Below, one piece after another: positions 28,292 through 38,749 of a stretch of DNA of 64,000 nt (within the stretch, counting starts at the first letter, position 1; each line of letters opens with the position of its first letter). Source of the DNA: an uncultured Aliarcobacter sp. (GTDB lineage Bacteria; Campylobacterota; Campylobacteria; Campylobacterales; Arcobacteraceae); the NCBI GenBank assembly GCA_963677435.1, contig OY781945.1, positions 2,848,001-2,912,000 of the forward strand. Reading direction: 5' to 3'. Below the pieces are notes generated by a model, which saw nothing but the letters and a program-made list of their open reading frames with translations, did not search any database and was not told the origin of the DNA. Position numbers and translations under genes: made by a program.

Positions 28292-29369
28292 TATTTAAAA
28301 GTACCTCCCAACCATCAACCCAATAAAGAAATAGTTTTGAACCTATTTTATAACCTAAGGCATCACTATCTTCGTTGTAAAATTCACTTGCTATTACTTC
28401 TTTTCCATCTTCTAGTTTTACTAAAAGGTCAATTGTAGTTCCCTTATAGATGATATTTTCAAGTTCTCCCACAAAATAATTTTGTGATTTTACATCTTCA
28501 AGATTTTTTTCAACCCTAAAATCTTCAGGTCTAATAAGGATTGTACAAGTTTCATTAAAAGTTTTTTTTGTTTTTAAATTAAATGTTTTTTCATTATATT
28601 GTAAAGTTATGGCTTCATCTTTTTGAGCAACTATTTTTGTTTCAAAGCAGTTCGCTTCTCCAATAAACTGAGCTACAAAAAGACTTTTAGGCTCTTCATA
28701 TATCTCTTTTGGAGTTCCTATTTGCTCAATATTTCCTTTATTCATAACGACAATTCTATCTGACATAGAAAGAGCTTCTTCTTGATCATGTGTTACAAAT
28801 AAAAAAGTAATTCCAAGCTTTCTTTGTAACATTTTAAGCTCAATTTGCATCTCTTTTCTTAGCTTATAATCTAAAGCACTTAAAGACTCATCAAGAAGTA
28901 AAATCAAAGGTTTATTTACAACAGCCCTTGCAATTGCAACCCGTTGTTGTTGTCCACCACTTAATTCACTTGGTTTTTTATACATATGTTGTGATAATTT
29001 AACCATAGAAAGGGCATTTTCTACCTCTTTTTTGATCTGCTCTTTTGGCATTTTTTTCATTTTTAAACCAAAAGCAACATTATCAAAAATATTCATATGA
29101 GGGAAAAGTGCGTAACTTTGAAAAACAGTGTTTATTGCCCTATTTTCAGGGGGAAGATGATTAATATTTTTATCATCTAAAAGAATTTCTCCAGCATCAG
29201 GATTTTCAAATCCTGCTAGAAGTCTAATAATTGTTGTTTTCCCACAGCCACTAGGGCCTAAAAGTGTAAGAAATTCGCCTTGAAATATATCCAAATTTAT
29301 GTTTTTTAATATGGGTGTATTTTCATAATTCTTACATAAATCTTTTAGTACAAATAAGCCTTTGTTCAT
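28284..29369 (-). CDS. potA: Polyamine ABC ATPase
   Basis: GPSGCGKTT, VFQSYALFPHM, LSGGQQQR, LLDES. Confidence 0.9.
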   Translation of the reverse strand: MNKGLFVLKDLCKNYENTPILKNINLDIFQGEFLTLLGPSGCGKTTIIRLLAGFENPDAGEILLDDKNINHLPPENRAINTVFQSYALFPHMNIFDNVAFGLKMKKMPKEQIKKEVENALSMVKLSQHMYKKPSELSGGQQQRVAIARAVVNKPLILLLDESLSALDYKLRKEMQIELKMLQRKLGITFLFVTHDQEEALSMSDRIVVMNKGNIEQIGTPKEIYEEPKSLFVAQFIGEANCFETKIVAQKDEAITLQYNEKTFNLKTKKTFNETCTILIRPEDFRVEKNLEDVKSQNYFVGELENIIYKGTTIDLLVKLEDGKEVIASEFYNEDSDALGYKIGSKLFLYWVDGWEVLLNNE

Positions 29370-29453
29370 ATCATTGAAATCCTAAAATAAAATTTTTTGA
29401 GATTAACATAAAAATAATTAATCTTGACTTTTTATCTTGTAATTAGATTGTCA

Positions 29454-30551
29454 TTAAAAATTTAAAGAGTTCAATCTATTTCTATAAAGGATTTTATCAT
29501 CTGCATGAATTACGCTATCTTCAATTTTTTTATTTATGATTCCATGATTTGGTGATTTTATACAAACAGGATCTGTAGCATTCATATCACCTGTTAGGGC
29601 AAAGGCTTGACATCTGCATCCACCAAAATCTTTCTCTTTTTCATCACAAGTACGACAAGGTTCTTTCATCCATTTATCACCTCTAAAATAGTTAAAAGAT
29701 TCTGATTCATTCCAAATTTGCTCTACTGTAAACTCTTTTACATTTGGAAACTCCAAAGGTAAAGTATTTGCAGTATTACATGGAAGTGCAATTCCATCAG
29801 GATTTATCGTTAAAAAAGTTGTTCCTAAACCATTCATACAAGCTTTTGGGCGAGTAGCAAAATAATCAGGAACTACAAAAAATACTTTCATATCTTTTCT
29901 TTCATTTCTATAATGATTTGTAACTCTTCTTGCCTCACTTATTTGCTCTTGTGATGGTAAAAGTGCATTTACATTTTTTAGTGCCCAACCATAATATTGA
30001 ATATTTGCTATTTCTAAATAATTTGCGCCCAACTCTTCGGCAAACTCAATGATTTCACCCACTTGATGAATATTTTGTCTAGTAATACAAGTATTTACAA
30101 TAAGTTGTAAACCTGCATCTTTTACCTCTTTTGCAAAGGCTATTTTTTCAGCATAAGAATTTTTGTTGTTTGTGATTAAAGTCATAGTATCTTTATCATG
30201 AGATTGAACACCAAGTTGTACAGTTTTTAATCCTGCCTCTTTTAGTTTTGCAACAACACCTTTTGGAGCTCCAACACCTGAAGTTATAAGGTTTGTATAA
30301 AATTTTAAATCATTTGCTTTTTTTACAATTTCTACTACATCTTTATTTAATAAAGGTTCACCACCTGAGATTCCTAGCTGAACAGCTCCCAAATCTCTCG
30401 CTTGTTCCATTACTCTAAACCAATCTTCTTTACTCATTGCATCTTTTGTTTTTGCAAAATCAAGTTGATTGTAACAGTATGCACATTCAAGTGGACATTT
30501 GTGAGTTAACTCCAAAAGAATCCATAATGGTGGTTTGATTTCATTATTCAT
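29454..30551 (-). CDS. pqqE: PqqA peptide cyclase, radical SAM/SPASM
   Basis: CPLECAYC, PKACM, DFGGCRCQA. Confidence 0.95.
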   Translation of the reverse strand: MNNEIKPPLWILLELTHKCPLECAYCYNQLDFAKTKDAMSKEDWFRVMEQARDLGAVQLGISGGEPLLNKDVVEIVKKANDLKFYTNLITSGVGAPKGVVAKLKEAGLKTVQLGVQSHDKDTMTLITNNKNSYAEKIAFAKEVKDAGLQLIVNTCITRQNIHQVGEIIEFAEELGANYLEIANIQYYGWALKNVNALLPSQEQISEARRVTNHYRNERKDMKVFFVVPDYFATRPKACMNGLGTTFLTINPDGIALPCNTANTLPLEFPNVKEFTVEQIWNESESFNYFRGDKWMKEPCRTCDEKEKDFGGCRCQAFALTGDMNATDPVCIKSPNHGIINKKIEDSVIHADDKILYRNRLNSLNF

Positions 30552-30807
30552 AACTTATCCAATTTCTATTTTGTGCTTCTTCTAAAAAAGCATTTATATC
30601 AGGTGTCAAATCATCCATTTCAAACTTTTCACATAAAATCTTATTTATATCTTCAACACCTTTTTCACCATCACAAAGATTTAGAATTTCTCCCGCACTT
30701 TGATTTAGTTGAACCATTCCTTCAGGATATAACAAAACATAACAGTTTTGTTTTTCTTCCCATTGGAACTGAAAATTTGGATTTATTTTTATTTTTTTAT
30801 TTTGCAT
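30544..30807 (-). CDS. pqqD: PqqA peptide chaperone
   Basis: VLLYPEGMVQLNQSAGEILNLCDG. Confidence 0.95.
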   Translation of the reverse strand: MQNKKIKINPNFQFQWEEKQNCYVLLYPEGMVQLNQSAGEILNLCDGEKGVEDINKILCEKFEMDDLTPDINAFLEEAQNRNWISYE

Positions 30808-30811
30808 TTTA

Positions 30812-31519
30812 TTACTTACAATTAAAATATGGTGGTCTTTTTAACTCATAAGCTAGATATAAAGCATCACACATTGTCCATAATATATCTAATTTAAACT
30901 GTAAAATTGATTCAGCTTTAGCTTGAAGTTCTGGAGTATTAAACTCTTCAAGTGTAATTGCAAGGCCGTGTTGAACATCCCTTCTTGCTTCACTTAATCT
31001 TTTTTGAAAATATCTTAAACCCTTTTGCTCAATCCATGGATAATTATCAGGCCAAGTATTTAATCTTTGTTGATGAATTTCAGGTGCAAACATCTCAGTT
31101 AAAGATGACATTGCAGCTTCTTTCCAAGGTGCTCGTCTTGCAAAATTTACATAAGCATCAACTGCAAATCTAACTGATGGCAATAAAAACTTATGAGAAA
31201 TCAAATCCTCTTTTTTTAGTCCAACTGCCTCACCTAATTCCAACCAAGCTTCTATTCCACCACCAACACTATCATGGTCAATAATTCTATCTAACCATTT
31301 TCTTCTATCTTCAAGTGGTGGATTATTTGACAAAATAGCCGCATCTTTTATAGGAATCATACATTGATAATAAAATCTATTTGCAACCCAACCTTGAATC
31401 TCCTCTTTTGTACATTCGCCTTTGTACATTCTGATATGAAAAGGATGATGAATGTGGTACATTCTTCCCATTCCTCTTAATTTTTTTTCAAAGTCTTCTT
31501 TACTTAAAAGCTCAGCCAT
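30812..31519 (-). CDS. pqqC: Pyrroloquinoline-quinone synthase
   Basis: [33 protein letters not shown]. Confidence 0.95.
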   Translation of the reverse strand: MAELLSKEDFEKKLRGMGRMYHIHHPFHIRMYKGECTKEEIQGWVANRFYYQCMIPIKDAAILSNNPPLEDRRKWLDRIIDHDSVGGGIEAWLELGEAVGLKKEDLISHKFLLPSVRFAVDAYVNFARRAPWKEAAMSSLTEMFAPEIHQQRLNTWPDNYPWIEQKGLRYFQKRLSEARRDVQHGLAITLEEFNTPELQAKAESILQFKLDILWTMCDALYLAYELKRPPYFNCK

Positions 31520-31540
31520 TTTTCTCTCCTACTATTAAAA

Positions 31541-32452
31541 TTAAATTTCTATACTCATACCATCATAAGATATTTCAATACCATGGGATATAAGCTCTTT
31601 ATATTCAGGTGTTGATTCATCTAAGATAGGATTTGTATTGTTTATATGTATTAATATTTTTCTTGGTTTTTCTAACTTGTCCAGAATTTCTATTAATCCA
31701 CCTTTATCACTTAAAGGTAGATGTCCCATATCAGTTCCAAGTTTTGAAGAAAAACCATTTTTTATCATCTCATCGTTTGTCCAAACAGTTCCATCAACTA
31801 ATAAAACATCTGCTTTTGCCATTTCATCAATAATATGTTTTTGAACAACTCCAAGACCTGGAAGATAAAAAAGTCTTTTCCCAGTTTTTTTATTTACTAC
31901 AACAACTCCAATATTATCTCCATCCCTTGGTTTATCTCTATATTTTGAATATGGTGGTGCATTTGAAATAAGTGGCATTGCATAAAATTCATGGTTTGGC
32001 ATAACTGGAATTTCAAAGGCTTTATTTAAAACTATCTCATTATAAATAGTTCCACCGCCATCCCAATGTTCAAGCATTTTAAATAAAGGGAAAGAGGTAT
32101 TTAGTTCCTCATGAACCTCTTTTGTACAATAAACAGGATGTGGACATCCCTCTCTTAACATCAAAAGTCCAGTTGTATGGTCAATTTGAGCATCAATAAA
32201 AATTATTGCTTTTATTTTTGTCTCTCGTCTTTGTTGTGGATGCAAAAATGGCGAGTTGTGAATTTGTTCTAAAATATCTGGTGATGTGTTAAACAAAACC
32301 CAATTTTGACCATCTTCACTAATTGTTATAGAACTTTGGGTTCTTCTTTTAATTGTAGTTTTACCTTCTCTATAACCTTTACAATTATGGCAATTACAAT
32401 TAAATTGAGGAAGTCCCCCTCCTGCACTTGAACCTAAAACTTCTATTCTCAT
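31541..32452 (-). CDS. pqqB: PQQ biosynthesis hydroxylase, MBL fold
   Basis: GSSAGGGLPQFNCNC, RTQSSI, DHTTGLL, HINNTNP. Confidence 0.95.
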   Translation of the reverse strand: MRIEVLGSSAGGGLPQFNCNCHNCKGYREGKTTIKRRTQSSITISEDGQNWVLFNTSPDILEQIHNSPFLHPQQRRETKIKAIIFIDAQIDHTTGLLMLREGCPHPVYCTKEVHEELNTSFPLFKMLEHWDGGGTIYNEIVLNKAFEIPVMPNHEFYAMPLISNAPPYSKYRDKPRDGDNIGVVVVNKKTGKRLFYLPGLGVVQKHIIDEMAKADVLLVDGTVWTNDEMIKNGFSSKLGTDMGHLPLSDKGGLIEILDKLEKPRKILIHINNTNPILDESTPEYKELISHGIEISYDGMSIEI

Positions 32453-32506
32453 AAACTATCCTTCATTTTTCTAAGTGAATCTATTAAAATAGACTCAATT
32501 AGAAAA

Positions 32507-32539
32507 AAAGTAAATCAAAGGTTTCCCTTTGATTTACTA
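32507..32539 (-). terminator. Stem-loop between pqqA and pqqB
   Basis: AGTAAATCAAAGG...CCTTTGATTTACT, followed by a T run on the minus strand. Confidence 0.7.
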
Positions 32540-32570
32540 AACTAACTAAACTAATTTTGACTAAGACCTA

Positions 32571-32645
32571 TTATTCATGACAAATGTACATTGTCACTTC
32601 AAATCCAAATCTATTATCTACGAACATCGGTTTTTCCCATTTCAT
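32571..32645 (-). CDS. pqqA: PQQ precursor peptide, 24 aa, not in ORF track
   Basis: MKWEKPMFVDNRFGFEVTMYICHE with ExxxY; AGGAGG RBS; upstream of pqqB. Confidence 0.95.
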   Translation of the reverse strand: MKWEKPMFVDNRFGFEVTMYICHE

Positions 32646-32669
32646 AATATTGTCCTCCTTTCAAAAGAT

Positions 32670-34454
32670 TTATTTTGTATTTTTGTGTAATTTAAACACG
32701 TGAACTGTTCCACCTTGGTTGATGTTTTTAATAAGTTTTGCAACTTCCCCACCCCATAAAGGTACAGCTCCACCCCAACCAGAAACGATTGCGATATATT
32801 GTTCACCATCTTGTTCCCATGTAACTGGAGAACCAACGATTCCTGAACCAACTTGGAATTTATATAAAATTTTACCAGTTTCATCATCAAATGCTAAGAA
32901 TTTACCTTCAGGAGTTCCTGTAAATACAAGTCCACCAGCAGTTGCTAAAACTCCACCCCATAATGGTGCAGGATTTTTATATTCCCATTTAATTTTTCCA
33001 GTTAATGGCTCAATAGCTTTTAAAGAACCAATGTGGTCTTCAAAAATTGGTTTAATAGTAAACCCAGCACCTAAATATGCAGCACCTTTTTTATAAGAAA
33101 TTGGTTGATTCCAAATATCCATTCCCCACTCATTAGATGGTACATAGAAATTTTTAGTTTTTTGTGAATAAGCCATTGGCATCCAGTTTTTAGCTCCTAA
33201 GAATGCAGGTACAGCAAATACTGATGTTCCTTTACTCTCTGCTCCTGGATCTCCTGGTCTTGCTTCTTCAACATAAATTGGTCTACCATTTTTATCTATA
33301 CCTTTAGCCCATGTAATATTTGATACAAATGGGTTTGCAGTAATGAATTTACCATTTTCTCTATTTAATACATAGAAGAAACCATTTCTATCAGCAGTTG
33401 CAGCTGCTTTTACAGTTTTTCCATCTTTATCTTTATAATCAAATGAAATTACTTCATTTACACCATCAAAATCCCATCCATCATGTGGAGTTGATTGGAA
33501 GCTCCAAACAATTTTTCCAGTATCAGGATTAATTGCTAATCTTGAAGAAGAGTATAAGTTATCTCCTGGTCTTAAGTGTGAATTCCATGGAGCTGGATTT
33601 CCTGTACCCATATAAATTAAGTTTGTTTCAGGATCATAAGTTCCACCAAGCCATGTTGATGCTCCACCATTTTTCCATGTGTCACCAGGCCAAGTTTTAC
33701 CAGCTTCACCACCAGTGATTCCATTTTCTTTTCCATTTAAGTAACCCATATGACCTTCAACTGTAGGTCTTGACCAAATTACTTCACCAGTTTTTGGATC
33801 TCTAGCTTCTACTTTTCCAACAATACCAAACTCACCACCAGCAACACCTGTGATAATTTTGTCATTAACAATTTGAGGAGCAGCAGTTATTGAATAACCA
33901 TCTTTATAATCTGCAACTTTTTGTTTCCAAACTACTTTTCCTGTTTTTCTATCAAGTGCAACTAATTTAGCATCTAATGTTCCAAAGATTACTAAATTAT
34001 CATAAATTGCAACACCTCTATTAATAACATCACAACATGGCATAATTGCATCTGGTAATTTTGAATCATATTCCCATAACTCTTCACCAGTTGCTATATC
34101 AATAGCAAAAACTCTTGAATAAGATGCAGTTACATACATAACACCATCTTTGATAATTGGTTGAGACTCTTGTCCTCTTTGTTTTTCACCACCAAATGAG
34201 AAATTCCATACAGGAACTAAATCTTTGATTGTCTTTTTATTAATTTGATCTAAAGGTGAAAACCTTTGTCCTTTTTGACCCATTCCATAAGTTAAAACAT
34301 CGTTTGGTGTTTTTTCATCATTTACGATATCAGTATATGTAACTGGACTAAATGATGGCCCTGTAACTTTTTTTGTGTCACTATTAGCTTGGGCGCTAAT
34401 TAATGTACAAAGTGTAACAGCCGCAGCACTAATTAGTAGCTTCTTTTTTATCAT
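32670..34454 (-). CDS. PQQ-dependent alcohol dehydrogenase, lanthanide-type (PedH/ExaF-like)
   Basis: Signal peptide, vicinal CC in [26 protein letters not shown] with the extra Asp. Confidence 0.9.
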   Translation of the reverse strand: MIKKKLLISAAAVTLCTLISAQANSDTKKVTGPSFSPVTYTDIVNDEKTPNDVLTYGMGQKGQRFSPLDQINKKTIKDLVPVWNFSFGGEKQRGQESQPIIKDGVMYVTASYSRVFAIDIATGEELWEYDSKLPDAIMPCCDVINRGVAIYDNLVIFGTLDAKLVALDRKTGKVVWKQKVADYKDGYSITAAPQIVNDKIITGVAGGEFGIVGKVEARDPKTGEVIWSRPTVEGHMGYLNGKENGITGGEAGKTWPGDTWKNGGASTWLGGTYDPETNLIYMGTGNPAPWNSHLRPGDNLYSSSRLAINPDTGKIVWSFQSTPHDGWDFDGVNEVISFDYKDKDGKTVKAAATADRNGFFYVLNRENGKFITANPFVSNITWAKGIDKNGRPIYVEEARPGDPGAESKGTSVFAVPAFLGAKNWMPMAYSQKTKNFYVPSNEWGMDIWNQPISYKKGAAYLGAGFTIKPIFEDHIGSLKAIEPLTGKIKWEYKNPAPLWGGVLATAGGLVFTGTPEGKFLAFDDETGKILYKFQVGSGIVGSPVTWEQDGEQYIAIVSGWGGAVPLWGGEVAKLIKNINQGGTVHVFKLHKNTK

Positions 34455-34504
34455 TTTCTCTCCTTAATTTTTGTCCTAACAAACTAAAAATTTGTCTTAT
34501 TGAA

Positions 34505-34536
34505 AGTATACATAACAAATATAGCCTAAGTTTAGC
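34505..34536 (-). promoter_or_regulatory. ADH-pqq operon promoter: two GCTA boxes plus -10
   Basis: Sense: GCTAAACTTAG GCTATATTTGTTATG TATACT. Confidence 0.75.
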
Positions 34537-35314
34537 TATTGTTTATTTTCTTAGATTTAAAACCTACAAAGGCCATTATTAGGCTAATTACAAATGAAAT
34601 TGCTAAAATAAAAAACAATTCAAAGTCAAATTTTCCATAAAGTGAAAAACGAATTGATTCAACTATATATGTAAATGGATTCCAAGATGAAATATTAAAT
34701 AACAAAATAGACGAATCTTTTATTTTCCATAGTGGATAAAGAGCCGAACTTAAAAAAAACATAGGGAAAATTACAAAGTTCATAACCGTTGCAAAGTTTT
34801 CTAATTGTTTAATTACAGATGATATAAAAAGGGCAAAAGCATTTAATATTATTGATGAAATCATAATAACTGGTATTGTTAAAAGTATTCCAGAATATTC
34901 AAGTTCAACTCCATAAATTTTTGCAATAATTAAAAAAGTAAGCCCTTGAATAGTTGATACTATTGCTGTTGCAAACATTTTACAAAATAGTAAATAATTT
35001 CTATTTATATATGAAGTTAAAAGTATTTTCATACTTCCCATTTCACGATCAAATATCATTGTTAGTGAGCTTTGCATTCCATTAAAAAGTAAAACCATTC
35101 CCACAAGTCCTGGAACTATGTAAGTTTCATAAGTAATATAAGTCTCATAAGGTGGAATAATTGCTAATCCTAAAGCTGATTTAAATCCAACAGAAAAAAT
35201 AAACAACCATAAAAGTGGTCTTACAAGTGCAGAAAAAAATCTACTTTTTTGTTTTACAAATCGGATTAGTTCTTTGTAAACTATTCCTTTCATACAATAT
35301 ATATATTTTTTCAT
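34532..35314 (-). CDS. ABC-2 permease, PQQ-ADH associated (PedC-like)
   Basis: SALVRPLLWL, PPYETYITYETYIVPGL, DREMGSM, FFLSSALYPLW. Confidence 0.85.
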   Translation of the reverse strand: MKKYIYCMKGIVYKELIRFVKQKSRFFSALVRPLLWLFIFSVGFKSALGLAIIPPYETYITYETYIVPGLVGMVLLFNGMQSSLTMIFDREMGSMKILLTSYINRNYLLFCKMFATAIVSTIQGLTFLIIAKIYGVELEYSGILLTIPVIMISSIILNAFALFISSVIKQLENFATVMNFVIFPMFFLSSALYPLWKIKDSSILLFNISSWNPFTYIVESIRFSLYGKFDFELFFILAISFVISLIMAFVGFKSKKINNS

Positions 35315-35318
35315 CTTA

Positions 35319-36041
35319 TTACCTAACTAGATGGTTAAATGTATCAACCAAATTTTCTTGTTTATATTTATTTACAATATCTTTTACAATTCCAGACTCA
35401 ACTATTTGCCCTGCTTTTATAACTGTAACATTATCATCTTGTTCAACCTCATCAAAAAGATGAGTTATCCATAATACAGAGATATTTTTTGTATGTACTA
35501 AATCTTTTACATAATTTAAAATATCAAATCTACTTTTTAAATCAAGTCCAACAGTTGGTTCATCCAATAAAAGTAGTTTTGGTTTATTAATCAAAGCTCT
35601 TAAAATTTCAACTCTTCTTCTGTGTCCACCATTTAGTTTTCTCACTTGTGTATCTAAAACAGTTTCTAATTCAAGTTTTTTTATTTCATCTTCTATTGAT
35701 TTAATTGTCTCTTTAAAATCTAAACCCTTTAGAGAACCATAATAATAAAGATTTTGTTTAACTGTTAAATCCAAATCCAAAGTTGGTTCTTGAAAAACAA
35801 TTCCTAAATCTTTTAAGGCATTTGAATAATTTTTTATTGAGTAGTCATTTATAAAGATTTCTCCAACAACAAGACTTTGTAATCTTGTAATCAAAGAAAA
35901 AATAGTAGATTTACCAGCACCATTAAGTCCTAATAAAACAGAAAAAGTTCCCTCTTTTATAGAAAAAGAGATGTTATTTAAAACTCTCTTTTTACCATAA
36001 GAATAATCTATATTTTTTAACTCTAATATATTTTTATTCAT
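35319..36041 (-). CDS. ABC ATPase, PQQ-ADH associated (PedB-like)
   Basis: GLNGAGKST, VFQEPTLDLDL, LNGGHRRRVEI. Confidence 0.85.
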   Translation of the reverse strand: MNKNILELKNIDYSYGKKRVLNNISFSIKEGTFSVLLGLNGAGKSTIFSLITRLQSLVVGEIFINDYSIKNYSNALKDLGIVFQEPTLDLDLTVKQNLYYYGSLKGLDFKETIKSIEDEIKKLELETVLDTQVRKLNGGHRRRVEILRALINKPKLLLLDEPTVGLDLKSRFDILNYVKDLVHTKNISVLWITHLFDEVEQDDNVTVIKAGQIVESGIVKDIVNKYKQENLVDTFNHLVR

Positions 36042-36042
36042 C

Positions 36043-37002
36043 TTAATTACTTGGAATTACAGCCAAGCCCCAAGGATAACGACCTACTTGTATCGTTTTT
36101 TCAACTTTTAAATCAGGTACATCTATAATTGAAACATCTCCACTAACACCATTTGTTGTGTAAAGTTTTGATTCATTATTTACAAATGCCATATGCCATA
36201 CTCTTTTTCCAACTAATAGATATTTGATAACTTTATATGTTTTTGTATCAATTACAGCCACATGATTTGCTGGACCCAAAGCTACAAAGGCATATTTACC
36301 ATCAGATGTTAGTTTGATTCCAACTGGTTGAATTAAATCTTTAAATACACCTGGAATTTCAAAAGAGATTTTTGAAACCATTTTTTTTGTATTTGAATCA
36401 ACAACCATAACAGTTCCACCTATTTCAGATGATGCCCAAACCATATCACCAGTTTTAGAAAACTCAATATGTCTTGGTCTTTGATCAACTAATGTAGTGT
36501 TAATGATTTTTTTTGTTTTTGTGTCAATCCATTGTAAAAAGTTTGAAGTTTCCGTTGTATTTATAGCAACTGTTCCATCTGGACTCACTGCCATTCCCTC
36601 AGGTTCAACTCCCACTTCTATTTGCGCGATTACAGATTTACTTTCAGTATCAACAACAGTTACAATTGCATCATCTTCATTTGAAATATATAACTCTTTC
36701 CCATCAGGAGTCAAAGCAAATTGTTCTGGATCTTCACCTGAAGGAAGATTATATAAAATCTTTTTTGATTTTAAATCTAATACTTGAACAGTATCATCAT
36801 CACTTGCACAAATATATAGTTGTGACATATCTTTATTTAATAAAATTCCCCTTGGTCTTTGACCAACTTTTATAGTATCAGTTACTTTATTTGTAAGTGA
36901 GTCAATTACAGAAATTGTATTGTCTTTTTCATTTGAAACATAAATAGTATCTGCTAAAAGTGAGCTTGTTAAAATTGCTACTGTTAAAATTTTTTTCTTC
37001 AT
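36043..37002 (-). CDS. YVTN beta-propeller protein, PQQ catabolism-associated (PedA2-like)
   Basis: YVSNEKDN, VGQRPRG, VGVEPEGMAVSPDG, YTTNGVS repeats. Confidence 0.85.
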   Translation of the reverse strand: MKKKILTVAILTSSLLADTIYVSNEKDNTISVIDSLTNKVTDTIKVGQRPRGILLNKDMSQLYICASDDDTVQVLDLKSKKILYNLPSGEDPEQFALTPDGKELYISNEDDAIVTVVDTESKSVIAQIEVGVEPEGMAVSPDGTVAINTTETSNFLQWIDTKTKKIINTTLVDQRPRHIEFSKTGDMVWASSEIGGTVMVVDSNTKKMVSKISFEIPGVFKDLIQPVGIKLTSDGKYAFVALGPANHVAVIDTKTYKVIKYLLVGKRVWHMAFVNNESKLYTTNGVSGDVSIIDVPDLKVEKTIQVGRYPWGLAVIPSN

Positions 37003-37028
37003 ATATAACTCCCCATTTGATTTAGTAA

Positions 37029-37102
37029 ATTCTATACTATGTTTATAGCTTTAGTTTAGCAATGCACTTTGCTAAACTAAAGCTATAAAGATTTAATATA
37101 AT
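37029..37102. promoter_or_regulatory. Back-to-back GCTA-box promoters forming a palindrome with 21-bp arms
   Basis: 37042-37062 TTTATAGCTTTAGTTTAGCAA and 37069-37089 TTGCTAAACTAAAGCTATAAA; -10 boxes TAGAAT (minus, 37029-37034) and TATAAT (plus, 37097-37102). Confidence 0.8.
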
Positions 37103-37128
37103 CTGTATAAATTAAAAAAGGGGCAAAA

Positions 37129-38277
37129 ATGAAAATATTATTATCTCTACTATTTTTATTGTGTATTATAAAAGCTGATGTTTTAAATGTTAAAATTTTA
37201 TATCTAGAACAAAAAATAGAAAAACCTCCTGTTTTATCAAATGTGATTGAAGAACCAGATGATTTAGGATTAAAAGGTGCAGAAATTGCGATAATTGATA
37301 GCAATAAAAGTGCAAAATTTTTAAATCAAAACTTCATCCTTGAAAGCAAAGTTTCTTATGATGAAAATGAATTAATCTCTACTTTTGAAGAGTTTATAAA
37401 AAACAAAAACTCTTATGTAATTTTAAATGTTGAAGATTCACTTTTACAAAAACTTGAAAAAAATCCCCTTTCAAAAGATGCCTTACTTATAAATGCAAGT
37501 AGTCAAAACACAAACTTGCGAAAAACTATTTGTGATAAAAACTTACTTCATACGAGTGCTAGTAATGCAATGCTTTATGATGGTTTAGTTCAATTTTTAA
37601 TAAAAAGAAATTTTAAAAATATTTTTTTACTTAGTGGAACAAATCCAAAAGATTTGTTAATCAAAGAAGATATAAAAAGAGCAGTTAAAAAATTTGGGGC
37701 AAAAATAGTTGCTGAAAAATCGTGGGATAATAATAGTGATATTAGAAGAAAAGCCTCTGATGAGTTTCCAGTATTTACCCAAGCAAAAGATTATGATGTT
37801 ATTTTAATAGCTGATTATTATGGAGATTTTGGTGAGTTTGTATATTTTAACTCGTGGCTTCCAAGACCAGTTGCAGGAACTCAAGGACTTACTCCTGTTT
37901 TATGGCACAAAGTGATTGAACAATGGGGCGCTGCTCAAATGCAAAAAAGATTTGAAAAATATGCTTCAAGATGGATGGAATCAAGGGATTATTCAAATTG
38001 GTTAGCAGTTAGAACAATAATCACAGCTATTTCAAAAACAAACACTGCTGATTTAAAAACAAATCTTGATTTTATCTATTCAGATGCTTTTGATGTGGCA
38101 GCATATATGGGAAGAAAACTATCATTTAGAGAATATAATGGGCAAATTAGAATTCCCATTTCACTGGTTCAACCAAGAGCTTTGGTTTCAACTTCTCCAC
38201 AAGTTGGTTTTTTAGATCCAGTTACTGATTTGGATACTTTAGGAATCGCTTCTTTTGAGATGGAATGTAAAAAATGA
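37129..38277 (+). CDS. ABC substrate-binding protein, PQQ-ADH associated (PedA1-like)
   Basis: LPRPVAGTQGL, EQWGAAQMQKRF, SPQVGFL, LDTLG..C motifs; signal peptide. Confidence 0.8.
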   Translation: MKILLSLLFLLCIIKADVLNVKILYLEQKIEKPPVLSNVIEEPDDLGLKGAEIAIIDSNKSAKFLNQNFILESKVSYDENELISTFEEFIKNKNSYVILNVEDSLLQKLEKNPLSKDALLINASSQNTNLRKTICDKNLLHTSASNAMLYDGLVQFLIKRNFKNIFLLSGTNPKDLLIKEDIKRAVKKFGAKIVAEKSWDNNSDIRRKASDEFPVFTQAKDYDVILIADYYGDFGEFVYFNSWLPRPVAGTQGLTPVLWHKVIEQWGAAQMQKRFEKYASRWMESRDYSNWLAVRTIITAISKTNTADLKTNLDFIYSDAFDVAAYMGRKLSFREYNGQIRIPISLVQPRALVSTSPQVGFLDPVTDLDTLGIASFEMECKK

Positions 38278-38735
38278 GTAAAATTCTTTTACTCTTTTTT
38301 ACCTTATTCTGCTTTTTAAAAGCAGATTATGAAGTAATTAATAATGAAAATCTATTTGTCGTAAAAGTTGATAAGGCAAATTTTGATGAGTTATTATTAA
38401 GACTAAAAGATGAAATAAACTTTGAGGGTTTTACAACTGTTTATGAACTTAATCTAGCAAAAGCCACAAATGAAGTGGCCATTCTTCTTGAGAAAAAAGG
38501 GGTTTTAGAAAAAGGAATAAATCTAGGTATTTGTAAAAGTAGCTTCACTTTGCAAATGGTAGAAGAAAATTTCAATAATATCAACTACTGCCCACTTGGA
38601 ATATCAGTTTATAAAAATAGTGATAATTCAATCTATCTTTCTGCTAAAAAATATAAAGCTTTTAAAGATGGCGATAAAATCGCTGATAAAATAAATGAGG
38701 TTTTGAAGGGTTTGATTCTTAAAAGTTTAGATTGA
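38274..38735 (+). CDS. Exported DUF302-like protein
   Basis: Signal peptide; LGIC and YCPLGISVY pattern; coupled to the upstream SBP gene. Confidence 0.6.
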   Translation: MSKILLLFFTLFCFLKADYEVINNENLFVVKVDKANFDELLLRLKDEINFEGFTTVYELNLAKATNEVAILLEKKGVLEKGINLGICKSSFTLQMVEENFNNINYCPLGISVYKNSDNSIYLSAKKYKAFKDGDKIADKINEVLKGLILKSLD

Positions 38736-38749
38736 TTTTTTTGAAAATC

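Noticed and set aside
25687..29369. potABCD as part of the PQQ regulon
   Set aside because: Ordinary polyamine transporter with no GCTA boxes seen upstream; read-through from pqqE is not excluded
32642..32890. 82-aa alternative-frame ORF at the ADH 3' end, and the many short antisense ORFs inside long genes
   Set aside because: Shadow frames of well-supported genes; the real small gene here is pqqA
37042..37089. Long palindrome as terminator or MITE
   Set aside because: Lies between divergent gene starts and each arm matches the promoter box pair at the right distance from a -10
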